Assembly (NCBI GenBank): GCA_044892505.1
Contig: CM097882.1
Location: 2,170,001 to 2,234,000 of the forward strand
Source of the DNA: Schmidtea nova
Lineage: Eukaryota
Reading direction: 5' to 3'
DNA: 64,000 bases
Below, piece after piece: positions 50,831 through 63,900 of the stretch (within the stretch, counting starts at the first letter, position 1; every line of letters starts with the position of its first letter). The notes beneath the pieces were generated by a model, which was not told the DNA's origin, did no database searches, and saw nothing but the letters and a program-made list of their open reading frames with translations. Both the position numbers and the translations under genes were made by a program.

Positions 50831-51633
50831 AAAATTAAAAAAAATGTTATTGAAATTTTAATGATATTTATCTTTGAAAATTTTCCGAGGCCTTAGCAAC
50901 AGAAGCGGTTACAACTATTGCAAAAAAGGAAAACTCGGGTATCTAAACCTTAAGATTTTCATGTAGATAAAAGCGAGGGGATAGAATATTTAATTTTAGA
51001 CTACAAAATTAGTTTTCCCCTGCTCCTTTACCCCTTAAAACGGTAAATTTTCAATTTTTAAAGAATATATATAGAAGATTTTCAAAATCAATTTGTTCTT
51101 ATTGGCTCGTTTATATTATGGGAATTTCAAATCCCATTATATATTTATTGATTTTACTGCAGCTAATTTTAGCAAGAAGATTTCCCTCTTTCTCGGTTGA
51201 AATTATCGGTAATTTATAATTTTCGTTTTTTTACATGGTTAACTTGGTTTAGGTAGCTTCCGTGGATCGAATGCAACTTCAGGGACAACAAGAACAACGG
51301 AAAATCAGCCAACGTTGGAATTATTCAATGACTATTTTTATTTCAAATTATGAATTAGATTATTGATAATTGTAACTCTTTTAATTTTAAAAAAGTAATT
51401 TTTGTGTATTTTAACTAAATATATGGATCCTTTGGTTGTATTTCATTTTAATAAATATTTAATTTATGTTTGCTTTTTATTCTTGATTTTTAAGCAGTAT
51501 GTTTGTGATTGCTCTTATTGATTGTGGTTGAATTGAAGCTATATTTGTCACCAAGTAGGTTTCGAAATTATTCTTGTCAGATTTAATAAAATCCGTTTCG
51601 TTCATTTTTCGAAATTATTTCGATCCATATCTA

Positions 51634-51717
<84 letters not shown>

Positions 51718-54700
51718 AACTGCAAGGTCATGTGACAGAGAAATAAAATAAATATAGATGAAAACCTCAGAAACAAATTCTAAAATGGTATAATTAATAA
51801 TTGACAATTATAACTTCAAAAATGATGGTAATATAAGTCAACATTTTAAAAATGATAATAATAGAAATAATAACACATATGCAAATAATAAAATAAAATA
51901 CTAAGCCTGGGTTGACCGGGCATGACTAGTCAACCCACGCTAAACAACCAAGAAATTTACCCTTCCGTACAGTTATCTGACCAAATTAATAGGGATGAGG
52001 ATGTCTTCGAATTCAAATATCAGTAGTGATTGATAGGTCACGATTTGGCGCGTGAAACTGAGGTTCTTTGCGCACTCGTCTGATTCCGATGATAGAGTAT
52101 CTTCTTTCGTGAATCTCCGCCTTGGAAATAATTCGACTTAACTCGGAAGGAGTTCGTTGTCCGTATGGAATTTTTCAGGAATTCCTGCTAATTCTTGGTC
52201 CGGCAGAAATATTTTTGCAACTTCTTGACTTGCTAAAGATTCCGAATGAAATTTTCGCAGAGGTCTGCTTAGAGAAAATTTCACCAGTTAGTAGTAACAA
52301 TATTCTGACTTAATCCATTTTTATGGTGGTATATATAGTTGCTTGAATTGGTATTTTATTTGGTGTATTAAAACAAATTGTTCTAGAAGGAATTTTCCGA
52401 TTCTTGAAAATTAATTTCAATAATTTTACACGAAATTGAATTATTATTTTTGCATAAAATTTTAAATAACTTCTAAATAATTAATTTTTTATTTAAAATT
52501 CCATTTTTAATCTAATTTTTTCCTAATTTAATTGATTTATCATAATTGCTAACTAAATTAATTTTCCTTCGTATTTTTTTAAATTTTTACACTAAAATTT
52601 AAAAATTTTCCTTCAAAAAAGGCGTTAGTTTTTTCTAATGTATTATTCTATTACACAAATGATATTTTCATGTTATACATGTGATTTTCACGTATACATT
52701 CACCACGCTTTTATTCGTTTCAATTTTTTCAACGTTTCCAATCGATTATTCCCTGTGTTCTGCTGTTACTGAGTTGTACTTGGTGTGTTTGGATTTCAAA
52801 AAATTTCAAATCTACTTCTTGCGCGCTCTCTACATGGATTGTAATACCGCGCTATTTAAACAAACCTCAAATTTTGCCCAACAATATATATTCATTCTCA
52901 AATTATTCACCAAAACGATGAATGCTCCTGGCAATCCCATTTCCTGTCACCCAATTTTGGTTCAAGTACGCCACATCGCTTAACCCACCAAAGAGAGTCA
53001 GGACAAGAGGTCATTTATTGCCCATCAGGTCGCGAGACCATCAGGATGTGCCCTTATTTATTTTCCATCGGAGGTTCTGAGGGTTTACCCACGAATAATC
53101 ATGAAATTTTATGATTCAAAATATTTATTGAATACCATTCACATAACATGATTAAATCCGATGTTCATTACAGATTACCATTAGCAATATACACAAAACA
53201 TACCTACTCACCCAGTTAACTGGCATGTGAAAACACGAAATCAAAATTTGTGCTAACTACAAACTAACTGCATTACTCCAACTGATTTTTTGCGTCTATT
53301 TATACTAAAATAGACTGACACCCACGCAGTTTTTCATTCAAATAATTATTTTGACTATTAACTTATTTTATTAGCTTTAATAAATGATTATTTATTAATT
53401 TTTTGTAATTTTAATTTTATAATTTGATTTATTTATTTCTACAATATTTGTTTTTAATTCCGTTAAATAATGTGTGTATCCATTGTATTTGTATATTAAT
53501 TGATTGTTTAAAACAATAAAATTTAATTTAATTCTGTTTTTATTCTTACCTCTGTTATTTTTCCAATATTTCAATGGGGATTTTTCCTATAATTTTTAAT
53601 GAATTATTTTCTTTAATCTGATGTCAATTTTATTCTTTGATCATGCCTTGCTTTATTTTTATACATGCAATGATCTTCCCCATTCAATTCTCGTGCAGTC
53701 CTTCGTGTGTAAATGCGACCTGAAGTCAAATTGTGGGCTCTCTTTTGAGATGCCGCTTTTCTATCGTTTAAGCCCTATCTTGACCGTCTTATCGAATGCG
53801 GTTCATATGATTACTATTATACTTTACTGTTTTTATTTTCTTTTGCGTTAGTTTACTTTATCAGGGGTTTTAAAATTGATTCTCTTTTGAATATTTTTGA
53901 TAAATTCACACAAAATTTATTTTCGATTTTGCCAGCCAACATATTTTAGAAAAATTGGTAAAGGAATCAAATAGCTTTGGTTACGAGAATCGCTTCCAAA
54001 GGAGTTTTGGGCTGATATTAATATTAAACTGTTTAATTTCTACAATTATTCCTGATGTAATTTGACATTATTAGAATTGGTTTAAATGAATAAATCCGGT
54101 TTTCTTTGACAAAATGTTGTGTGTTTTATTGCTGAAAATTTACGAAAGTTTTTATTATTATTTAAAAACATTTTTATTTGACCAATCTTTACACAGTTAA
54201 TCTTTCAAAAAGACTACACTTTCATGAGAATTGAACATATTGAATGCGTCGTTCTGGTCTACTGAACAATAATCTCCGTTACCCATATTTACAATTTATT
54301 TTGATTCGCTAACATTATAGACGTAACATACTTTCATTCACCCAAATCTGTTCCTAACAGCCGTCACGCTTCAATGGAAACTGTTCATAAAGACCTGATG
54401 CTCATCATGAAGTAGAGGAATATTTTATAATCGCAAATTCCCGTTGAATATAACTAGCAGTAGCGGCCGACGGAGTAATTGCAACATCCGGTTGCATTAA
54501 ACTATAAATGTCGCTAGGAAATTTATAAATACATTTTGTAAATTTCCTAAGCAATTTTTTCCTTATTTTAATTAACTAAAATTTGATATAAAAATCTAAA
54601 TGAATAAAAACGAATTTATAAGGATTTTAACTCTACATGAAGCCATTTTTACCTTGCATTTATAAAAGGCCATGGCAATTAAATATAATTTATCTATCAT

Positions 54701-54755
54701 TATTATCATCAAATAGTCAGTAAAATAAATAAAATCAACTGAAAAATGTATTAAG

Positions 54756-55565
54756 CTAATAATAACGTTTCTTGTGAGCAGCATGCTTGGTGGGCCCGTA
54801 CTTGTTTATGTCTTTGACATGGCCATATGGACCGTGCACCTTCTGATGAATATATTTCCCCAGTTTTCGAATGTGTCTTATTCCATAAGGTTTCTTTATG
54901 CCATTTCTACCGTAGCCTCTACCAAATACATGAATTTTTTTCTTCAAAAACGCAATCTTTTTACTGAGTCTTTTTCGTTTCAAAATAGTTTGATGCTTTT
55001 TCCACTTGTCATAAATACTTTTATTATATTTCAAACCTTTCTTATATCCTCTATCACCATATATCTCACTATGTTCAGGTGCGCCGTAATTATAAGAATA
55101 AACTTTTGTCGTTCCATCATTTACATCGCGATATTCACCTGCGTGATTATTATCACCGTAATTTGATGTCAGCGCATTACCATGATATTCTTTTTTCGGT
55201 TCATTATTGTCGTAATTATCTCCCGAAACATCTACTTGATATTCGCCTTTGTCAATAACATTATACGTATTTCCTAAATCGTTATTTCCGCGTTCAGTGT
55301 CCACATGAAGATTATCTGAATTTCCATCAGACTGAAATTCTTTCTCTATCTCGTCTATTTTTCCGTTCTCCGATGTCCCTTTATATGGAATATTAGAAAG
55401 ACCATTTACTCCGCTGTCCTCATCAACATAAGTTGTATGTAAGATATGAGAACCCAGGCTAGGGGTATCAGAATCAGTTAGCGTTTCACCAACTGTGTCA
55501 TAGGAGTCAAAAGCAGATATTTCATAAAAAACAAAAACAAAAACAATTGTTTTAAACCAATCCAT
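54756..55565 (-). CDS. Secreted acidic/basic protein (copy 3)
   Basis: Open ORF; differs from copy 2 only at L4F and FN/YD. Confidence 0.8.
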   Translation of the reverse strand: MDWFKTIVFVFVFYEISAFDSYDTVGETLTDSDTPSLGSHILHTTYVDEDSGVNGLSNIPYKGTSENGKIDEIEKEFQSDGNSDNLHVDTERGNNDLGNTYNVIDKGEYQVDVSGDNYDNNEPKKEYHGNALTSNYGDNNHAGEYRDVNDGTTKVYSYNYGAPEHSEIYGDRGYKKGLKYNKSIYDKWKKHQTILKRKRLSKKIAFLKKKIHVFGRGYGRNGIKKPYGIRHIRKLGKYIHQKVHGPYGHVKDINKYGPTKHAAHKKRYY

Positions 55566-56611
55566 TTCTGAATAAATGTCCCGTCTCATTTGCACTTATA
55601 TATACCAGTGAACGTAATTAATTTTTTTCCAAATATTTTAAAGTCACGCTTTTCCCATTTAATCCAGAAATTTATGATTTATGGAAATAAAAATTTCTAA
55701 AATTTTGTAAATCATGATTTAAAATTTGTACTTAGAGCGTTGATTTTTAAAAAAAAAGTTTAAAAAATCATATAGAGAATAAATTCTTTTCATTAATAAA
55801 ATACTCTTTTTTTTAATTAGGACATTTAAAAATATTAAAAAATACTTCTTAAACAAAATTAAAATAATTCTTTCAGTTAAATACTCTTTTCATGGATTAC
55901 TCAAAGATTAATCTCATTTTAATTTTAATTTTTAAATCTTATCAAAGGCTATATTAAAGACGACGTTAAATCTGATTGAAAGTATAAATACACTCATTTT
56001 TTGTCGATAGCAGAGTTTATTAATATATAATAATAAGGTAATAGTGTTAAGCATTCTCCGCAAGGTTTATTAAATAAAATAAATTGATCTTAAAAGATTC
56101 TCATCATATTCTAATTATTGAAAATTAATAAATAAAAATTTTAAATTTTTCAAATAATTTTTGAAAAATATTAATATTTATTTTATTTAATCTATCTCAA
56201 GAATAAATTCTTATTTGTTTCATTAATTAATATTAAATCAGGATTTAGGAGAAAGAAAATATTCAGCCAGAAGTAGGAAGTCAATCGGAAAGAATTTCGT
56301 ATTAGAATGATCAGAATGTTTTTAATATTAAAATATTCCATTTAATAAACATTGCGAAGANNNNNNNNNNNNNNNNNNNNNNNNNNNNNNNNNNNNNNNN
56401 NNNNNNNNNNNNNNNNNNNNNNNNNNNNNNNNNNNNNNNNNNNNNNNNNNNNNNNNNNNNNNNNNNNNNNNNNNNNNNNNNNNNNNNNNNNNNNNNNNNN
56501 NNNNNNNNNNNNNNNNNNNNNNNNNNNNNNNNNNNNNNNNNNNNNNNNNNNNNNNNNNNNNNNNNNNNNNNNNNNNNNNNNNNNNNNNNNTTTGATCTTT
56601 TTTTATTATTA

Positions 56612-56808
56612 TCAATAATTCTCATAATGACTATAGATCAAAAATTTTTTTTTAAACAATAACACAATATTTCGGCACAGCCTTTATCATGTGTGTATTT
56701 CTGAAATAAATAAATAAATAAATACACACTTGATAAAGCTGTGCCGAAATATTGTATTATTGTTTATAAAAAAAAATTTTGATCTATAGTCATTATGAGA
56801 ATTATTGA
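56612..56808. repeat. Hammerhead-like inverted repeat, related subfamily, 20-nt spacer
   Basis: TTTCGGCACAGCCTTTATCA...TTGATAAAGCTGTGCCGAAA core shared with 10302-10439. Confidence 0.8.
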
Positions 56809-56810
56809 TA

Positions 56811-56893
<83 letters not shown>

Positions 56894-56916
56894 CCTTTGA
56901 TCTTTTTTTATTATTA

Positions 56917-57096
56917 TCAATAATTCTCATAATGACTATAGATCAAAAATTTTTTTTTAAACAATAACACAATATTTCGGCACAGCCTTTATCATGTGTG
57001 TATTTCTGAAATAAATAAATAAATAAATACACACTTGATAAAGCTGTGCCGAAATATTGTATTATTGTTTATAAAAAAAAATTTGATCTATAGTCA
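56917..57096. repeat. Second tandem copy of the hammerhead-like inverted repeat
   Basis: Near identical to 56612-56808; separated by (TTA)n; runs into an N gap. Confidence 0.75.
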
Positions 57097-57630
57097 NNNN
57101 NNNNNNNNNNNNNNNNNNNNNNNNNNNNNNNNNNNNNNNNNNNNNNNNNNNNNNNNNNNNNNNNNNNNNNNNNNNNNNNNNNNNNNNNNNNNNNNNNNNN
57201 NNNNNNNNNNNNNNNNNNNNNNNNNNNNNNNNNNNNNNNNNNNNNNNNNNNNNNNNNNNNNNNNNNNNNNNNNNNNNNNNNNNNNNNNNNNNNNNNNNNN
57301 NNNNNNNNNNNNNNNNNNNNNNNNNNNNNNNNNNNNNNNNNNNNNNNNNNNNNNNNNNNNNNNNNNNNNNNNNNNNNNNNNNNNNNNNNNNNNNNNNNNN
57401 NNNNNNNNNNNNNNNNNNNNNNNNNNNNNNNNNNNNNNNNNNNNNNNNNNNNNNNNNNNNNNNNNNNNNNNNNNNNNNNNNNNNNNNNNNNNNNNNTTAG
57501 AAATTTTGTTTTTATATAAATCATAAATTTCTGGATTAAATGGGAAAAGCGTGACTTTAAAATATTTGGAAAAAAATTAATTATATTCATTGGTATATAT
57601 GTGCTAATGAGACGGGACGTTTATTCAGAA

Positions 57631-58446
57631 ATGGATTGGTTAAAAACAATTTTTTTTGTTTTTGTTTTTGTTTTTTATGAAATATCTGCTTTTGACTCCT
57701 ATGACACAGTTGGTGAAAGGCTAACTGATTCTGATACCCCTAGCCAGGGTTCTCATTTCTTACATACAACTTATGTTGATGAGGACAGCGGAGTAAATGG
57801 TCTTTCTAATTTTCCATATAAAGGGACATCGGAGAACGGAAAAATAGACGAGATTGAGAAAGAATTTCAGTCTGATGGAAATTCAGATAATCTTCATGTG
57901 GACACTGAACCCGGAAATAACGATTTAGGAAATACGTATAATGTTATTGACAAAGGCGAATATCAAGTAGATGTTTCGGGAGATAATTACGACAATAATG
58001 AACCGAAAAAAGAATATCATGGTAATGCGCTGACATCAAATTACGGTGATAATAATCACGCAGGTGAATATCGCGATGTAAATGATGGAACGACAAAAGT
58101 TTATTCTTATAATTTCGGCGCACCTGAACATAGTGAGATATATGGTGATAGAGGATATAAGAAAGGTTTGAAATATAATAAAAGTATTTATGACAAGTGG
58201 AAAAAGCATCAAACTATTTTGAAACGAAAAAGACTCAGTAAAAAGATTGCGTTTTTGAAGAAGAAATTTCATGTATTTGGTAGAGGCTACGGTAGAAATG
58301 GCACAAAGAAACCTTATGGAATAAGACACATTCGAAAACTGGGGAAATATATTCATCAGAAGGTGCACGGTCCATATGGCCATGTCAAAGACATAAACAA
58401 GTACGGGCCCACCAAGCATGCTGCTCACAAGAAACGTTATTATTAG
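57631..58446 (+). CDS. Secreted acidic/basic protein (copy 4, 271 aa)
   Basis: Open ORF with an in-frame 6-bp expansion in the signal peptide. Confidence 0.8.
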   Translation: MDWLKTIFFVFVFVFYEISAFDSYDTVGERLTDSDTPSQGSHFLHTTYVDEDSGVNGLSNFPYKGTSENGKIDEIEKEFQSDGNSDNLHVDTEPGNNDLGNTYNVIDKGEYQVDVSGDNYDNNEPKKEYHGNALTSNYGDNNHAGEYRDVNDGTTKVYSYNFGAPEHSEIYGDRGYKKGLKYNKSIYDKWKKHQTILKRKRLSKKIAFLKKKFHVFGRGYGRNGTKKPYGIRHIRKLGKYIHQKVHGPYGHVKDINKYGPTKHAAHKKRYY

Positions 58447-58956
58447 CTTAATACATTTTTCAGTTGATTTTATTTATTTTACTGACTATTTGATGATAAT
58501 AATGATAGATAAATTATATTTAATTGCCATGGCCTTATATAAATGCAAGGTAAAAATGGCTTCATGTAGAGTTAAAATCCTTATAAATTCGTTTTTATTC
58601 ATTTAGATTTTTATATCAAATTTTAGTTAATTAAAATAAGGAAAAAATTGCTTAGGAAATTTACAAAATGTATTTATAAATTTCCTAGCGACATTTATAG
58701 TTTAATGCAACCGGATGTTGCAATTACTCCGTCGGCCGCTACTGCTAGTTATATTCAACGGGAATTTGCGATTATAAAATATTCCTCTACTTCATGATGA
58801 GCATCAGGTCTTTATGAACAGTTTCCATTGAAGCGTGACGGCTGTTAGGAACAGATTTGGGTTAATGAAAGTATGCTGTTTTTATTGTTGTTTTTTTCAG
58901 AAGTAATAGTTAGAAAAATATTAAGCTTTTAGACAAAAATAGTAGATACGAATTAT

Positions 58957-59380
58957 AGTAGGGGATAGTGAGTGGTCTGGGCCACTTTTTTTCACATAGC
59001 AACGGTTGCTACGGTAAATACACACATGAATATATATTTTCCAAGGAAGATGTTGCTAGGCTAAACACTCACCAATGTTTTTTATTCGAGGGACTTGTTG
59101 CTAACGTAAATACACACATTAAGGTCACTTCCCTAAGTAACCTGTTGCTAAGGTTAGTACACACACATCAATATAGTCCCAGTGAAATATGTTGCTAGGG
59201 TATAGACACATCAATATACAATCCCCGAAGGAACTGTTACCATGGTAAACACGCGTGTATAAGGAGTCCTCTCGGAACCTGTAGTTAAGTTAAACACACA
59301 CATATCAATATATAATCCCCAATATAGATTTTACCAGGGTAAACACACACACCATTAATTAGTACCCGTAACACACATGA
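58957..59380 (+). mobile_element. Possible Polinton left terminus with subterminal repeats
   Basis: Begins AGTAGG; repeated GTTGCTA(A/G)G...ACACAC units; PolB lies ~0.5 kb inward; partner end not in window. Confidence 0.4.
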
Positions 59381-59846
59381 TAATGTTTATTATTTAATTG
59401 AATAACATTTTATTTTGTTTTAATTAAGTGATCATCATTTCGAATAATTGTTCCACTTATTTTTAACTGATAACTAGAACATCGAGTGTGGGAACTATGA
59501 AAACGGATGGAATTAATTTGAGAATTGTGACAATAGTCGAAATTTTAAAGACGATTCAACAGAGTGCAATTACAAGAACAGATGAATTTATTAATATTTG
59601 TAAACAGAAATAATTATGTTTACATTTAATAAAAAGATTGAAACATATTATAAAAAATGAAAACCCTGAAAGATAAAACCGATTCAAATCTGGATAACGC
59701 ATAAAATTTTAAACATAACAGTCTAAAGAAATATAAAACTAAATATAATGAAACCATTTATTTTTTTAACAAAGTTTTATTCAATACAAATCTGAATTGG
59801 ATATTTAATTTGAATTGAGAGCTGGATCTGAAACTGGAACACCAAC

Positions 59847-62067
59847 CTAATCTTTTGATTGGTCTATAAAAGAGTCACATACCTTATAATGCCCGTATGC
59901 AAGACTTTCATTTTTATCCACCCAAAGTCTTTTATTATCAAGAAAAGTCAAGGCAATTTTCGAATATTTATTAGTAAAGAGTTGATGATTCTTACTAACA
60001 ATTCTCGACTGATCAACAGAAACTATTGAATTATTATTGTAACAATCCAGATACGACTGATAATTCAGTTTAGTGTCCTTCAATGTTATACCCTTAGCCT
60101 TAATGCACTTTTCATCACCTAAAAGACTGTAACACTTTGGTCTAAGAAACAGCCACTCATCATACTTGAATCCTTTATTCTGGTCTTTGAATTTACCAAT
60201 GACGGAATCTAGGTTTTTCGAGTACAAGGTATGATTTGGGTCATAATTCGAAGTATCTAATAACCAATCCATAACCAAAGCAGACAAAAGAATATAAAAC
60301 TTACATTTCTTAACTTCCAAAAAAAAGAATCTGTATCACCAGTGATTATACCACTCTCACAGTTGAATTCATTACGATATTTTTGTAATTCTTCATACTG
60401 GAGTTGATACATCCTAAGTTTAGATAAATCCAGTACAGTTTGACCAATGTAGCTGGGTCAATCTAAACACACAGAGTCCTTATTAAGTAAGACAGAAACT
60501 AGGTCATCATCAATTTTATAAGATTTTCTAAAGGTAGGTTTTGAAGTATATGTAATCTGTTTTGATACTGAGTTGCATATTCATAAATTGAGTCGTTTCT
60601 TAAGATTTTCAACCGTTTTCCCATAAAGACTATTATTTAAAAGTTTGTAATAGTTTTTATCTAAAGCCGTAGAAGAAGCTGCCCTAAGTTCAGTGTTCGT
60701 ATCTATATATTCTTTAAAGATAGGTTTCTGTTTGTACTGAACGACCCGATGAACTCGAGTTATTTTAACACCCAAAGAAAGAAAAATCTCGAGAAGCCTC
60801 CAAAGAATAACATAGTTGAATTTTGGATAATGCGTAAGCATTAACTTCTCAACTTTTGAACCCGGAGCACACATTTTCTCTGCTGCAACCGGTAAATCAT
60901 TTAATTTATCGTAAATTTCTGAAGGGATTTCAAGATCCACTTCAAAAGTTACTCCATAAGATAAAATAGCCAAATCAGCATCCATTAATTTAATTAATTA
61001 ATTAAATTTATTTTGATCTGTGATCCAACTAAATTCACCATAAGGTAATGTTTGACTTAAAGCCCAACCGTATAAATTATTTATATCAATGTATAAAAGT
61101 TCAGTCATTTCGGAGGATACTACATGATGCTTGTTGACAAATGTCAAACCACCACGGATCCCCCCTTCGAAAAAATTATAAATCTCCATATCCTGGAGCA
61201 ACTCAATAGGTTCATCCAAGGTAATAAGCGCAGAAGCCCATGACATACCTGGAATCCCCAAGAAATTCAAAGGCTCAAGTCTATTGTGAGCTATAGATTT
61301 AGCCCTAAACTGTTGAAAGAAATCAACAAGAAGAAAAACATCCAGTTTAAGGTAGACTATCATATAGTCACAAAGAGTTTGACACTGGGATTCCCTCCAA
61401 ATCACCAATGCCTTGTCATATTCATCTTGTTTAACACCTTTCCAGATTGGTGGCAGCTCATAAGTGTTGTTAAGAATTTCTAAAGATGTGGCAAAATCAT
61501 AAGGAAAAATACCCTTACAATCAACAATAGTCCCGGTGAATTCAGATCTAGTCAAAGGCAAACAAGTAAGAGTCTTAACAGCATCATTTAAGCTAGAATT
61601 TACAAACTGACAAGAATCGATGAATTTATTGGTTAAACCACCGACTCTTGCAGATAAAGTTAAGAATTTTTCGCTAGTTGTAGGAATGCAAGAAATTTTC
61701 CAAGTCTTGAAATTAGCCAAACCATATTTAAGAAAATGGTGCAAGTCAAAGTCCTTTAAATTATGAAAAATAACGAGTAAAAACTTGTATAACAGACGGG
61801 ATTGATTACAAGAATTACATGCTGCACCCAAAAATTCACCAGTGTAGTGATCATGGTCTCTGACTGGTTGTACTAAAGTTTTCTTACAAAGATAACAAAT
61901 AGTAGTAGAAGCAAAAGATTGTTGATTAGCTGCTGTCATAAAAAGAGGTTTCTTGCAATTAGTTTTATAAAAGGGATAAACAATAGTTTCAGAAATATCA
62001 CTAATTTCAGAAAGAAACCTAGAAACACAATCAAGACCTAAAAAACTCTTGTAAATCTTTTCTCCAG
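59847..62067 (-). pseudogene. polB: Protein-primed family B DNA polymerase (Polinton/adintovirus type), frameshifted and 5'-truncated
   Basis: RDHDHYTG..AACNSCN, FHNL..FD, KGIFPY, YLKLDV, DINNLYGWA, KLLNNSLYGK, GDTDS, RPKCY, KAKGI; at least three lesions. Confidence 0.92.
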
Positions 62068-63002
62068 TTTTTATGTGCTAAAGCTCATTACTCACACATA
62101 CTACAATAAAAATCATTAGTATAATCCTTTATGAGCTTCAATCAATGTAACAGACAAATTGTGAAAGCCGATTACATTTACTGATACACTTTTAATGACA
62201 ATTATTATGTGAATATTTCTTTTTGATGAATTTCTATGTATGTTTGATGAATTTCAATGTATTTTTGATATTTTGTAGGTATTTTCTTGTAATTGTACTA
62301 TAGAATGATGATATTTCATGTATGTGATGATACTTTGTGATGATATATTATGTTTTTAATGATACCTTGTGATGACATTTCATATATATTTGATATTTCG
62401 TTTGTATTTCTAATGTTTTTGCACTATAATGTGATAATATTTTGTGTATGTTTGTATTTTTTATATTATGTACGTGTGATGAATTTGCACTAATGTGATA
62501 ATATTTTGTGTATGTTTGTATTTTTGATATTTTTTACGCATGTGATGAATTTCTATGTATTTTGTGATNNNNNNNNNNNNNNNNNNNNNNNNNNNNNNNN
62601 NNNNNNNNNNNNNNNNNNNNNNNNNNNNNNNNNNNNNNNNNNNNNNNNNNNNNNNNNNNNNNNNNNNNNNNNNNNNNNNNNNNNNNNNNNNNNNNNNNNN
62701 NNNNNNNNNNNNATAGTAAGATAATATTTGATGTATGTAATGTCACCTTTTGAGTATTTTCATGTATTTGCATTATAGTATGATAACATTTGACCTCATT
62801 TTAAAGTATACTTTGCTATAATTTTTGAAAGATTTATTTTCAGTCATAATTCATTGTTAAATTTTCATCAATTTTATTCAGAAGCAGAACATTGCTAACC
62901 GAACATTGCTAGCAGAACCCTAGTAGCAGAACATCTTTTGTGATGGTTTTTATGTGCTAAAGCTCATTAATTGAACATTTATTACTGGTACATTATAAAT
63001 AA

Positions 63003-63055
<53 letters not shown>

Positions 63056-63867
63056 ATTATATTTTGTATGTAATGAACCTTTGATATTTTGTATGTGATG
63101 ATTTTCTAAGTATCTGATTATATCCTTTGTGTATGTATGATAATATTTCATATATTTTTGATATTTTAGTATATTTTTTATGTAATTGCACTAGTATGTA
63201 TATATTTCTTTAATGCTTATTGTTCTGGGTTTGACGAATTTCTGTGTATTTTTGATGATTATCCATGTAATTGCACTATAGTATGATGATATATCGTGAT
63301 GATATCCTTTGTATGTATGATGCATATTTTGATATTATGTATGTATTTTACACTAGTATGATAATATTTCATGCATTTGACTGACTATAAAATGACAGCT
63401 TTTCATATATATGATATCGTTTGTGTGTATGATGTATTTTCTTTAATATTAAGTGTATTTGCATTATAGCATGATGATATTTTGTCTGTATTTGCATTAA
63501 AGTATGATGATATTTCATATATATAATGATATCCTTTCTGTATAGGATTTATTTATATGTATTTTTGATATTTTGTATGTAGATATTTCATGTATGTTAT
63601 AATCTTTTGTGTAATTATATTTCATGTCTATAATGATACATCTATGAATTTTAATAATTTTCTATGTATTTCTATCTATTTTTATGTTATCAAACAATAA
63701 TATGATAATCTTTTGTGTATTTTCTTTGTGAATCTGATAATTTATGATGATAATTCATATATTTTGTTTGTATTTATAATGTTTATGCACTATAATGTGA
63801 TAATATTTTGTTTGTATATTTTTATATATTTTTGTATTTTTTTCTTTTATTTTACATTATATATGTC

Positions 63868-63900
<33 letters not shown>

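Larger units (their letters stand above)
54327..58875. repeat. Inverted duplication; arms ~54327-55700 and ~57497-58875, each holding the secreted-protein gene
   Basis: Reverse-complement match from promoter to ~430 bp past the stop; spacer has two N gaps. Confidence 0.9.

Noticed and set aside
51904-51941. GC hairpin TGGGTTGAC...GTCAACCCA as a Helitron 3' end
   Set aside because: No convincing CTRR terminus at the expected distance and no partner end
51990-52320. Protein-like minus-strand stretch
   Set aside because: Broken by stops and frameshifts with no recognisable motif; cannot be assigned
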